Assembly (NCBI GenBank): GCA_002269645.1
Contig: NIVC01002123.1
Span: 124,001-188,000, forward strand
Length of the DNA: 64,000 bases
Origin: Macrostomum lignano
Lineage: Eukaryota
Direction of reading: 5' to 3'
Part shown: piece by piece, positions 1-12,700 of the stretch
How the letters are laid out: every line of letters begins with the position of its first letter
Position numbering within the stretch: the stretch's first letter is position 1
Notes under the pieces: model-generated
What the model saw: only the letters and a program-made list of their open reading frames with translations
Told to the model about the DNA's origin: nothing
The model's database searches: none
Program-made: the position numbers and the translations under genes

Positions 1-2010
1 TCTATGCAGAATGTTGTGTCGATCGTGCCGGAGCCGCCAAAGAAGGACTTCGTGAAGATGATGGAGCAGGGTACCACGCAACTGAGATACGAGGCTATGA
101 TGGTGAGAGAGCCGGTTGAAATGGATTAGTATGGTCATAGTCAGGTGAGTCACTAATCCGGTATCCACCTCCAGGACTCGATCCGGCCGGAGGACAAGAA
201 CCGCCGGTTCATCATCAGCTACCGCCTCGCCGACGACATGGTGAACATCTACGAGACGCCGACCCGCAACTCGGGCATCCCCGGCGGTAACTATTTGAAG
301 CGGGCCCGAGTTGCCAAGCCGAACTCGACCCCGGAGAAGCCGCAGTACTATGGACCGGCCGATTTCGGCATCGGAGCCAAGATTAACATCTTCGGGCAGC
401 GGTTCGTCATCACCAACTGCGACGCCTTCGTGCTGAAGTACATGGAGCAGCACCCCGCCCAGTTCCCGTCTGCCGTGGTGGACAGTGTCCGGGCCAAACT
501 GTCCGAGAATGAGTCCAGAAATCAGGACGCCATGCGGGGCGGCATGTCCAACCTGCGCAGGACGTGAGTGGCTAATCTGGGAGGCTAATCTGGGAGAGGC
601 TAATCTGGAAGGGGCTAATCTGGAAGAGGCTAATCTGGCAGAGGCTAATCTGGGAGAGGCTAATCTGAAAGAGGCTAATCTGGGAGAGGCTAATCTGGGA
701 GAGGCTAATCTGGAAGAGGCTAATCTGAGAGAGGCTAATCTGAAAGAGGCTAATCTGGGAGAGGCTAATCTGGGAGAGGCTAATCTGGAAGAGGCTAATC
801 TGGGAGAGGCTAATCTGAAAGAGGCTAATCTGGGAGAGGCTAATCTGGGAGAGGCTAATCTGGAAGAGGCTAATCTGAGAGAGGCTAATCTGAAAGAGGC
901 TAATCTGGGAGAGGCTAATCTGGGAGAGGCTAATCTGGAAGAGGCTAATCTGGGAGAGGCTAATCTGGGAGAGGCTAATCTGGGAGAGGCTAATCTGGGA
1001 GAGGCTAATCTGGAAGAGGCTAATCTGGGAGAGGCTAATCTGGGAGAGGCTAATCTGGGAGAGGCTAATCTGAGAGAGGCTAATCTGAGATGCTATCGAT
1101 AGACTAATTCCCGATCTTCTAACCCGATTTCCCACCGCAGCGAGGGCGACCTGTTCCGCCTCGTCTCCGAGGTGAAGTCGCAGCTGAAGCGACTTGGCAT
1201 CACCGACAAGGCCCGAATCGACGAGATGTTCTTGAAGTACAACACCGACAGGCTGGGGTACATCGACGTGAGCAAGCTGCAGGACCTGTGCAAGAAGATG
1301 ATCCTGCCCTACGATGAGGACATCTGCGCTGCGGTCAGTGGCTTCCATGAGTACTTTTGTAGCGCTTAGGTCCCAGATTCTCTTTTAGACTCCAATCCCA
1401 GATCCTTATATGGGACTCAAATCCCAGATCCTCGTATGGGACTCAAATCCCAGATCCTCATATGGGACTCAAATCCCATATCCTCATATGGGACTGAAAT
1501 GCCAGATCCTCATATGGGACTGAAATGCCAGATCCTCATATGGGACTCAAATCCCATATCCTCATATGGGACTGAAATGCCAGATCCTCATATGGGACTG
1601 AAATGCCAGATCCTCATATGGGACTGAAATGCCAGATCCTCATATGGGACTGAAATGCCAGATCCTCATATGGGACTGAAATGCCAGATCCTCATATGGG
1701 ACTGAAATGCCAGATCCTCATATGGGACTCAAATCCCAGATCCTCATATGGGACTGAAATCCCAGATCCTCATATGGGACTCAAATCCCAGATCCTCATA
1801 TAGGACTCAAATCCCAGATCCTCATATAGGACTCAAATCCCAGATCCTCAAATGGGACTCAAATCCCAGATCCTCATATGGGACTCAAATCCCTGTTCGG
1901 ACCAAAAATTTGTTGACATTAAAATCTTTGTCCCATCTCAGATCGTGAACGAGTTTGGATCCGACGGCAGGATGGACCTCGAGCAGTGGCGACGCTTCAT
2001 CGAAGGCTGA
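1..2010 (+). CDS. EFHC1: EFHC1/Rib72 homolog, 3' part (third DM10 domain plus C-terminal EF-hand). Exons 1-102, 175-563, 1141-1333, 1942-2010; the 5' end lies outside the window
   Basis: Spliced translation SMQNVVSIVPEPPKKDFVKMM...LRYEAMM|DSIRPEDKNRRFIISYRLADDMVNIYETPTRNSGIPGG...YYGPADFGIGAKINIFGQRF...|EGDLFRL...KYNTDRLGYIDVSKL...|IVNEFGSDGRMDLEQWRRFIEG* matches the recalled EFHC1 DM10 motifs (RRFxxSY, NSGIxGG, YYGPxDF). All junctions are GT-AG and phase-compatible (753 nt total). Confidence 0.92.
570..1090 (+). repeat. 15-bp minisatellite GAGGCTAATCTGGGA (~35 copies) filling an EFHC1 intron
   Basis: Direct periodicity; it starts a few nt after the donor GTGAGT at 564 and ends ~50 nt before the acceptor at 1140. 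Confidence 0.97.
1395..1895 (+). repeat. 26-bp minisatellite GGGACTCAAATCCCAGATCCTCATAT (~19 copies) in the last EFHC1 intron
   Basis: Period 26, e.g. gccagatcc at 1501 and 1527. Confidence 0.95.
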
Positions 2011-3196
2011 ACAGACCGCGGGGGACGCCGCCTGCTTGGGCAGCCGAGAGGCATCGCTTAATTAATTATTTTGTTTAAAATTGTCTCACCTTGCTGCGAC
2101 TGAACTTATTCGTACTGATACGGTAGCGAATGCACCTCGCCAAGCCCGACCCAACCTACTCCCGCAAAGATATCTTTTGTTTCCTTCGTCTCGCTTTAGA
2201 AGTTGCGTTCAGTGCTTGTTTGTGCCTTGAAGCCTAATTTATTTAATGTAATCATCAGGGGTTTAAATAGCTGAATGCTAAAACGACTAATTTGAGCAAC
2301 TCTTCAACCAAAGCGCTGTTCTTAAATTTCGATAAATTGTTTAAAAAACTAATTAACTCATAAAGCTGTTAAAACAACTAAATTTAAAGTCGGATATTTA
2401 AGAAAGCGCGAAATTTGTTTTTATCGCATGCCGTTAAAATTTCCGGGTTTATTTTTTCCAAACGTTAATTGTACATTTGTACAATAAGCTCGATAGCTGT
2501 CCTCTCTACAGAATCCCAAAATTGTCTTTGACTGCTGCTGAGATCCAAGCTGAAAATGCAGACGTCTAGTGGAATTTGGAAAATTTCTCTTTTAAATGTT
2601 TTTGTCTCCGTGACGAAAATACACTATTTGGTTATTGACATATTCGCTTTCTTATACGAGCATTATCGTGACAACTTAAGTAAATTACATCCTCTTTTAT
2701 GCATGTAACTGTATTTTCGTGCCATCATGATGATACGTACGAAATATTGAAGTGCTGATGCGAAATATTGAAGCAGCATAGAGTGGAATTGACAGCAAAC
2801 CCTTAAACTCAAGGAGGGAGTATTGGACAATATAGAATCGATTACACAATATAGATTCCTAGAATCCTTCAGTAAACTGAATGTAGTAACGCCTCATCCT
2901 GCAGTTTCTGCAGACAATGACCCTCTCCAAGCGCTCAAACGGAGGCCTGATAGCCAAAATTGTTGTTGAAAGAAGACAAAAGAAGAGCAGGCCTTTTATG
3001 TTAAAAGCGAAACTGTTGATTTTATCGTCTCAATCACCATTATTGGCGCGACAGAAGCATCGAATAAAACAAACATTTTACCGACCAGAAAGTGGGTAGC
3101 AGTACGGATAAAAACCCGTCAGGAAAGTTCTAACAAACGAGAGGTCCACGAATCCGAGACACCGTGCAGGTTGAATCGAAAAGTCAAATGCTGTAA

Positions 3197-3970
3197 ATGC
3201 AGCTCTATTGCAATTTCATATTGCTGCTGTGGACTGCCGCCCCCTTGCTTGAGGCAAACAGTTTCTCAGTCGAGCAGTTCTATTCAACTACAGGGCTGGA
3301 CTGCGTGAGCCCCAGCTTTACTAGGACTTTGGAAACATGCAAATTGTTCCACTGCAGTGCCCATTGCGCCAAGATGACCAACTGCCAAGCTTTTACAATG
3401 GAGACGAATGGCCACTGCCTGTGCAAACTGTTCCTGTTCGACGCGTGCAGCCACCGAGTGCAGTCTGTGCCGAACTGCACCAACCAGGTCACCGTGTACG
3501 TCAGGTCTCCGCCTGGCGTGCCTCTGGGCCGCCTGTGCCCGCCCGGCTACCAGTACACTCGATTCGGTACTTCGTACAAGTTTGTCATGGAGGAGCCAGT
3601 CAACTGGATCACCGCCAATCAAAGATGCAGCGCAGAGGCTGGGCTGTCCAAGTTCGCTGACGCTATCGATGCTGACGAGGCGAGCTACCTGCTGCAGCTG
3701 CAGCGCCAGGTCGTGCCAGGCGCTTCGGTGGCCGAATTTTTTCTCGGCGGACGGCAATCAGCCGAGTTCACCCCGCGATCTGACGGCTGGTTCTGGTCAG
3801 CCTGCAACCGCTCGGTGGACTCTGGGATCTGGCACCCTGGCCAACCCGACGGTAAATTCCCTGTAGCCAGCTGCACTGCTCTCTACAGACACTTTCCTAC
3901 TGGACTCGATGATTATGTCTGCAATAAGAACACCTCCTACATCTGCGAGTGCCAGTCTGTGTTTAATTAA
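3197..3970 (+). CDS. Secreted C-type lectin: signal peptide, Cys-rich PAN/apple-like N-terminal segment, C-terminal CTLD with QPD motif; single exon
   Basis: 257-aa ORF with a hydrophobic N-terminus, CP-GY...YKF, W-TA---C, FFLGG, W-W, WHPGQPDG, C...DD--C...YICE. The PAN-like call rests on Cys spacing only. Confidence 0.88.
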   Translation: MQLYCNFILLLWTAAPLLEANSFSVEQFYSTTGLDCVSPSFTRTLETCKLFHCSAHCAKMTNCQAFTMETNGHCLCKLFLFDACSHRVQSVPNCTNQVTVYVRSPPGVPLGRLCPPGYQYTRFGTSYKFVMEEPVNWITANQRCSAEAGLSKFADAIDADEASYLLQLQRQVVPGASVAEFFLGGRQSAEFTPRSDGWFWSACNRSVDSGIWHPGQPDGKFPVASCTALYRHFPTGLDDYVCNKNTSYICECQSVFN

Positions 3971-4538
3971 GACTGCAGAGAGCAATTTGAGCTCGTTAAA
4001 ATTTTCAAGCTCCAGCCAGAAGATTTGAAGATTGATAAATCGCTACCCTCATTAAACCATGAGCACCTGGATGTTGTCAATGCCTATTGAAATTGTTGAC
4101 TAGATAAATACACATGTAATGTACATGTGCAGTTCATGTACAGACGGGTGTATCAAAAAAACTTTCCTCTCACGCGCTCCCACGCGTAGTTGCAGCAACA
4201 TTGATATTTTCATTTCACACAGAGTAAAACAAGAACTTCTCAATGACACTTCATACCTGGTATGTGCTAGGCCTTGCGCAGGTCTCGATATAGACATTGA
4301 CGTTTCTCTCTGACAAGAAGTCAGACAAGAAGAGCAAAACAAGAGTCAATTTAATGAAACGATGTATTGTCTCAAAAATACTGTCACGTGCTGCTCAAGT
4401 ACAATACTTTTGTTGCTTTAACGAATCGACTCAGTCTCAATCGTGCACACTTAGTTCGAGCCTTTGCTCTTTTTACCTCTATTCGTCGGTTAACCCGAAT
4501 CTCTCAGTTCCTTTTCACCTTTTTATTTCTCCTCTGCT

Positions 4539-5463
4539 AGCGCCAGCACCAGAGGCGCCAGCACCAGAGGCGCCAGCACCAGAGGCGCCAGCACCAGAGG
4601 CGCCAGCACCAGAGGCGCCAGCACCAGAGGCGCCAGCACCAGAGGCGCCAGCACCAGAGGCGCCAGCACCAGAGGCGCCAGCACCAGAGGCGCCAGCACC
4701 AGAGGCGCCAGCACCAGAGGCGCCAGCACCAGAGGCGCCAGCACCAGAGGCGCCAGCACCAGAGGCGCCAGCACCAGAGGCGCCAGCACCAGAGGCGCCA
4801 GCACCAGAGGCGCCAGCACCAGAGGCGCCAGCACCAGAGGCGCCAGCACCAGAGGCGCCAGCACCAGAGGCGCCAGCACCAGAGGCGCCAGCACCAGAGG
4901 CGCCAGCACCAGAGGCGCCAGCACCAGAGGCGCCAGCAACAGAGGCGCCAGCACCAGAGGCGCCAGCACCAGAGGCGCCAGCACCAGAGGCGCCAGCACC
5001 AGAGGCGCCAGCACCAGAGGCGCCAGCACCAGAGGCGCCAGCACCAGAGGCGCCAGCAACAGAGGCGCCAGCACCAGAGGCGCCAGCACCAGAGGCGCCA
5101 GCACCAGAGGCGCCAGCACCAGAGGCGCCAGCACCAGAGGCGCCAGCACCAGAGGCGCCAGCACCAGAGGCGCCAGCACCAGAGGCGCCAGCACCAGAGG
5201 CGCCAGCACCAGAGGCGCCAGCACCAGAGGCGCCAGCACCAGAGGCGCCAGCACCAGAGGCGCCAGCACCAGAGGCGCCAGCACCAGAGGCGCCAGCACC
5301 AGAGGCGCCAGCACCAGAGGCGCCAGCACCAGAGGCGCCAGCACCAGAGGCGCCAGCAACAGAGGCGCCAGCACCAGAGGCGCCAGCACCAGAGGCGCCA
5401 GCACCAGAGGCGCCAGCACCAGAGGCGCCAGCACCAGAGGCGCCAGCACCAGAGGCGCCAGCA
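4539..5463 (+). repeat. Near-perfect 15-bp minisatellite GCACCAGAGGCGCCA (~61 copies)
   Basis: Direct periodicity; it explains the PEAPA and LAPLV ORFs. Confidence 0.97.
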
Positions 5464-5526
5464 TTTTGTCCTTGTGTCTACGCTCGCGTTCGCTTTGCAC
5501 AGAAATTGTATACCATAGATAATTAT

Positions 5527-6104
5527 CAGGGGTCGGCGAAATTTTTATCTTAAGGGCCAGATAAAAAATCCAGCTCATGACCGCGGGCCAGATGAGAGTG
5601 CATGGAAAGTAGAGAAAATAGTAAAATATGATAGAAGAAAGGAAAGGCAAGAGATGGGATAAGAGAAAAGATAGAGAAGAGGAGGGAGAGAGAAGGGGAG
5701 GGGGCGAGGAGAGTTGACAGAATAGGGGAGAGAGGAGAGATATGAGAGAAGAGAAGGGAGAGTACAGAGTGGAGAGATAGAGAAAAAAGGAGAGAGGAGA
5801 GATAAGAGGGGAGAGAGGAGAGAGAAGATGGAGAGAGAGGGGAGGGGGTAAGGAGGGTCGACGGAATAGGGGAGAGAGGAGAGATGAGATCAGAGAGAAG
5901 GGAGAATGGAGAGGGGAGAGATCGAGGAAAAAGGAGAGGGGAGAGAGAAGAGGGGAGAGAGGAGAGAGAAGAGGGAGAGAAGAGGAATGAGAAGGAAGCA
6001 GAGAGCGGAAAACGTTAAAAGAGCCGGATTGCTATTGTGAAGATACATGACGGCCGGATCTAGAGGCTTGGCGGCTCTCGCATTGTCGGAGTTTACCGAA
6101 CCTG
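5527..6104. mobile_element. Probable hAT-Charlie-like non-autonomous element enclosing a ~410-bp purine-rich (A/G) tract (5590-6005)
   Basis: Left end CAGGGGTCGGCGAAA...AAGGGCCAGAT...CGCGGGCCAGAT, right end TTTACCGAACCTG (imperfect TIR). No TSD found. Confidence 0.45.
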
Positions 6105-6732
6105 CAATAAATAATCATAAATTGCGCTTACAATGTAAAAAACCCTTCACAAAATAAAAAAAAAGTTTAAAATTCTTGGCAGATCCAAACGCTTTAAGAC
6201 TAGATTTTTAATTAAGACTAGACTGGGCGTTTTTAGAGTTGGTGTAGTGCGCAACACACCTGCCCATTGCTAATCAACCAGATTGACACACCTGTCGATT
6301 GCTAATCAACCAAATTGCAATAACATTTTAGACTCTAGTTGCTTCTCCTTATTAAAAAGAACGTAAAACAACTTAGTTTATTAATGAAAATACGTTCTAG
6401 CTTTTTATACCTTAATTTTTGTTTATTCGCATAGGAACCAAACCAGATTTTTTCTAGGAACTCTTCGAAACTGGTTTTTTGAAGTATTACGAGCCTACAG
6501 CCTGGACAGCAGGGGTTCGCCGACTTTGCAGTTCGGAGTTGTCTTACTTTGACATCCTTTCTTTAAAGTCGACGCCTCCTATGTGATGTTAGTGGATGAA
6601 GTATAATAATATAGTACATTTGACTCTTGCACCCAGTTCTTAGGAATCAACTTCTTTTTTTCTAACTTAGATCTGCATCTGAATATTTTTTGTATGCGAA
6701 GACCCAGACAAGAGCTCTTTTAACGCTTAAAA

Positions 6733-9700
6733 ATGTCATTTCTAGCTTACAATGACTATCAGTCCTGTGAAGCTGCACTGGACAAATTGAACGAAGAATT
6801 TCAAACACTCAAGGTTTGGAACTTTGTTATCTGCTTTACTTATAATTAAATAGGCCTCTGCTAGCTCTATATTTAAGATTGACCTTTCTTTATATAGTAT
6901 TAATATTATATATTTAACAACTTTATAGTCCTTGAAGATTTGTGTATTTGAATATTTGTGGTAGAGATAAGAAAAATTGCTAGTAATTTCCAATTGTTAG
7001 TTATGAATAACTTGTATAGCCTAATATAGGCCTATATTATTAATAAGTAGACATACTTTTATCAGAGAGCTTTCGTGCATGGCAGCTATCCACCCAGTGT
7101 TTAAATTGCATGCATGGCAGCTATCCACCTAGTATTTTAGTTGCATGCACAGTAGCTAGGCTAGGGTAATAAGTCAATTTGCCAAAAGTTGATTTGCCAA
7201 ACGTTGATTCACTGAAAGTAGGTTGTTTTGCCAAAAGTTGTTTTGTTAAACAAATAAACAATAAAAAAATTAAATAAGCAAATAAACAGCAATGTATATT
7301 TATCTAGTGTATGTTTATTTTGTATTTTAAATTGCTGCATAATGGTCTAGATAGCCTTGTGTGCAACTGGTATTCAATCAATCTGGCAATAGGACAATCT
7401 AGCAACAGACAATCCTAAACATTCTATCTATTTTAGGATCATTGAATTTTCAGTTTTCAATGTTTTTAGGCCCAAAGTTTTTTTGCCAAAGTGTCTTTCA
7501 GTACATATTGGCTCACCTGCTATATAGTCTATAATACTATATACATGGTAGGTTGTTGCAAAAAATATATGTATTGTTCCCATTTTTTACAGTATACAAT
7601 TTAAAATGGCACCAGCAAAAATAAGTGTTCTGTAATTTTTCATGAATTAAAATAATTATTAGCAATGACAACTAACAAATCAAACTCAGGACCTTTAGCA
7701 CATTGCCAATCAAGTTTTTGGCAAATTGACTTTTAGCAAAAAGGTTTTTGGCAAATCATCTAGTATTTGCAGCCAGCAGATAGGCAAAATAATAAATTGT
7801 AAATTGAACCCTTTCCCTCAAATCTGCACATTGCTACTCATTGAACTTATTTAATAATTGATTACTTGTTTTATCCTAGAGGTTGGATGAGCATAAAATT
7901 TTGGTCGGGCATGAAATTTCGTGAAATTTTCAAAGTCGGGCGTGATCGTGATTGTGATCGTGAATTTAAATAACAAAACAAAACAAATAACAAAACAAGA
8001 AAAGAAATATTTATAAATTGATAATAGCTACTCGGTAATGCTGTCAAGTCAACAAATTTAAAATTTATTACTCTTACACATTTGTGTTCACATATTTTGG
8101 TAAACCAAGTAGAAAAGTTATACTTCTAATAAAAATGTAATAAAGTGGAAATTCATGACTGTCGTGAACGGGTTTCAAGGAAATAACGATCGTGAAAAAA
8201 ATGGTCGTGAATTCACGAAATTGTGATCATGATCGTGATCAAGTCTGAGCCCTATTTTATCCCATATAAAAATTAATCTCAATTCGTAGCTGTTTTTGTT
8301 AATTCAAATTTTATTTTTAATAATTTGAATAGTAGGCCTATATGATATACAATATAATTTAAGTTAAGATGTAGCTGCTATGCACATAAGCTCTCTGTAC
8401 TTTTATACATAGATTAAGGCTAAAGATCTAACATAGGCCTAATTAAAGGAAATCTAGGCTTTTAGATACTTATTAATGCTTCAATATATATGATTAATAA
8501 TTTAATAGAGTTTTATTATACTTAAATTTTTTTATATTTATATTAAATATCTATTTTTGTATTACCTTATCTAGACTATAGCTAAAGCTGATTACTTAAA
8601 TTTTCTTTTAAATTTTAATGATGCTAAGCCTAAATCTAATGCTAACATTTTTATCATTTACTATAATTAATTTAGGCCTAATTAAGAAATAAAGGATAAT
8701 AGTAATAGTTTAACTTATTACTCATTAATATTGTCTAATTAATTTATTAAAATAGGCCTAGGTTAATAAAAAGAATGGCTATAACTGCATTTATCTTTAC
8801 TTTAATCATTACTGCCTTAATTAATACAATGTGTATATAGTATTGAAATTTGCTATTGCTTGGTGTCTAGGTCAAAGATAAAATTTTATTGCCTAAATCT
8901 CTTACCCCAGAGATATATAACTTCTTTTTGCAAAAGCTTTGAAACTAGCAAAACTTATTCATTTGCACTGTTTTTTTCTTTTCACCCCATAAAATAAAGA
9001 GCTCTAGTTGTCTTAGGTTTCAGTTATTGAAGTAGCCCATATTACTAGATAAAAAACTAGATCTAGGAGTTCTGTGTTCCCTTGACAATGCTGTTTGTCA
9101 ATGCTTGACAATATGTGACAATCCTTAGCTGTTCTGGCTAAAAATCTCATATCTATAAATTTCTATGGCCATATCCATAGCTAGTACAACTTCAAAGATG
9201 AGCATTTTCATATTAGGCTATAAATTAATATTTTTAACTAGCTAATATTTATTATCAATAGTCTATAGCAAAGTCTTGACTAGGTCTATCTTCTACATAG
9301 ACTTCATAGGATCAAGATTTTAAGCATATCTTTTTTTATTAACTTATAGCTCAGTAACAGCTTGGCAATTAAACTTTCTTGGCTATTTGACTTAAAACAA
9401 AGAAGTCATATAAAAAGCACAAATTGTTGCTTGTGTATTTCTTATGAAATTGTATTAAAATTGTATTGATAAATTTTAACTTTAATATAAGTGCCACTTT
9501 TTGCCAAAAAAATGATTCAATATTGTATCTAGAATAACTTACTAATTTTTACAAGCATTATACTCCTTTGTTACAAAATTTTAGAAAGATCATGAGTTGT
9601 ACACAGAAAAGGTGGATGAAATGAAAAAGATGCAGACAAAATGCCTTGATGGCATCAAGCATCAGCGCTACAGGGCTAAGCAGATTCTAAACTCATTAAC

Positions 9701-12700
9701 ATCGTAAGTGTCTTGATTCTTACTGACTGACAGCTTTGTCTAGCGCAATTGTTCCACACTCTGCTGCCAGCACCTCTAACATGAATCCCCTTATTCAGTC
9801 TGGAGCGCGTGGCCCAAGGCGATGAGAAGGATAAAGTTGAGAAGCTGATGAAGCGATTGGCTCAGCGAAAGGCTCTGTTCGCCGATCTTGAGGACACTCT
9901 GCCGCATAAGAATGGGCTGTACTTGAATATTGTGCTGGGCCAGGTCAACGTGTCACTGCTTAGCAAAGTTGACAAGTGAGTTTGCCGGCAATGTAGAAAT
10001 TATTGACAGGCAGTCGAGGACACCTAAACAGACAAGTCGCTGACATACAGATAAACAGCTGCAGAAATACAGAGGCGGACACAGACAAATAAGTAGTAGC
10101 GGACACAAACAGACAGTAGCGGACACAAACAGACAGTGGCGGACACAAACAGTAACGGACACAGACAGTAGCGGACACAAACAGACAGTAGCAGACACAA
10201 ACAGACAGTAGCGGATACAAACAGACAGTAGCAGACACAAACAGACAGTAGCAGACACAAACAGACAGTAGCGGACACAAACAGACAGTAGCGGACACAA
10301 ACAGACAGTAGCGGACACAAACAGACAGTAGGAGACACAAACAGACAGTAGCGGACACAAACTGTAGCGGACACAAACAGACAGTAGCAGACGCAGCAGA
10401 CAGTAGCGGACACAAACAGACAGTAGCGGACACAAACAGACAGTAGCTGACACAAACTGTAGCGGACACAAACAGACAGTAGCAGACGCAGCAGACAGTA
10501 GCGGACACAAACAGACAGTAGCGGACACAAACTGTAGCGGACACAAACAGACAGTAGCAGACGCAGCAGACAGTAGCGGACACAAACAGACAGTAGCGGA
10601 CACAAACAGACAGTAGCTGACACAAACAGATAGTAGGGGACACAAACAGACAGTAGCAGACGCAGCAGAAAGTAGCGGACACAAACAGACAGTAGGGGAC
10701 ACAAACAGACAGTAGGGGACACAAACAGACAGTAGCAGACACAGCAGACAGTAGCGGACACAAACATACAGTAGGGGACACAAACAGACAGTAGGGGACA
10801 CAAACAGACAGTAGCGGACACAAACAGACAGTAGCAGACACAAAAAGACAGTAGCGGACACAGACAGTGGGGGACACAAACAGACAGTAGCGGACACAAA
10901 AACAACAGACAAGCCCTTTCATCCCTCGCAGGTTCGCCTACAAGCAGGACTACGAGGCCTTCAAGCTGGTGCTCACCCTCATCATCCTGGTGGCTGCCAT
11001 CTTTCTCTTTCTGTTCCTCGAGCACCGCGTGTTCGACGCCGCGTTCCAGTTCCTGCTGGTGTGGTACTACTGCACCCTCACGATCCGGGAGAGCATACTC
11101 ATCGTGAACGGGTCCCGCATCAAGGGCTGGTGGGTGGCCCACCATTTTGTTAGCGTTGTGTGCTCCGGCATCGTGCTAACCTGGCCTAGAGAGGTCAGCT
11201 ACTACCGGTTCCGCAATCAGTTCAACCTGTTCTGCGTGCGTTGGCATAGTTGGTGCAGTAGCGCGGCTGCCTGTACAAGCTTTGGGCGAGCTCCATGGAA
11301 TAAGTTGGTGAGGCTTGAGAAGTTTCGAGTTCATGAAGTTGCGAGCTTGAGAAGTTTCGAGCTTGAGAAGTTTCGAGCTTTTGAAGTTTCGAGCTTATAA
11401 AGTTTCGAGCTTGAGAATTTTCGAGCTTTTAAAGTTTCGAGCTTGAAAAGTTTCGAGCTTGTGAAGCTTCGAGCTTGTGAAGCTTCGAGCTTGTGAAGCT
11501 TCGAGCTTGAGAAGTTTCGAGCTTGAGAAGTTTCGAGCTTGAGAAGTATCGAGCTTGAGAATTATCGAGCTTGAGAAGTTTCGAGCTTGTGAAGCTTCGA
11601 GCTTGTGAAGCTTCGAGCTTGAGAAGTTTCGAGCTTTTAAAAGCAACCCAAATTCGAGGGCTTGTCATAAAAAAGCCATTTTTTATCTCGTCATAAAATC
11701 TGCGCTCCTGTTGTCAGTTCGGCGAGGTCAACATTGATAACGTCACGTGACCAAACCCCATCCACCCCCGCCAGACGGCTTCATGTCGTGGATGTGGCGT
11801 CGCCTCGGCTTCGTGCTGCCGTTTCTGTTTCTCGGCTACGGCTTCCAGCTCTACAATTCCTTTGTGCTCTTCAAACTGTTCTACGAACCCGACTGTCAGG
11901 AGTGGCAGGTGAGTGTTGGCCTTGCTGCAGGTTGCCCTCACCTGACAGTTTCTCTCAGTGATGACCTCGAAGTGACAGATTCTCTCAGTGATGACCTCGA
12001 AGTGACAGATTCTCTCCATAATGACCCCCATCTGACAGATTCTCCATAATGACACTCATCTGACAGTTTCTCTTCATAATGACCCCCCCATCTGAAAGTT
12101 TCTCTCCATAATGACCCCATCTGACATATTCTCTTCATAATGACCCCCCACCTGACAGTTTCTCTTCATAATGACCCCCCACCTGACAGTTTCTCTTCAT
12201 AATGACCCCCCCCACCTGACAGTTTCTCTTCATAATGACCCCCATCTGACGGATTCTCTCCATAATGACCCCATCTGACAGATTCTCCATAATGACCCCC
12301 ATCTGACGGATTCTCTCCATAATGACCCCCATCTAACAGTTTCTCTCCATAATGACCCCATCTGACAGATTCTCCATAATGACCCCCATCTGACAATTTC
12401 TCCATAATGACCCCCATCTGACAGTTTCTCCATAATGACCCCCATGTGACAGATTCTCCATAATGACACTCATCTGACAGTTTCTCTTCATAATGACCCC
12501 CACCTGACAGTTTCTCTTAATAATGACCCCCACCTGAGAGTTTCTCTCCATAATGACCCCCACCTGACAGTTTCTCTCCATAATGACCCCCACCTGACAG
12601 TTTCTCTTCATAATGACCCCCACCTGACAGTTTCTCTCCATAATGACCCCCACCTGACAGTTTCTCTCCATAAGGACCCCCACCTGACAGTTTCTCTTCA

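Noticed and set aside
485-1102. Pentapeptide-repeat protein gene
   Set aside because: It lies in an EFHC1 intron with valid splice sites on both sides, and its N-terminus is an alternate frame of the EFHC1 exon.
4297-5650. Pro/Ala-rich (PEAPA) surface protein or LAPLV protein
   Set aside because: Both ORFs are open only because a stop-free 15-bp DNA repeat is near-perfect even at synonymous sites; the flanks are low-complexity and non-coding-like.
9953-11145. Cys/Val-rich minus-strand ORFs
   Set aside because: They are translations of the 20-bp intronic array plus antisense of a TMEM120 exon.
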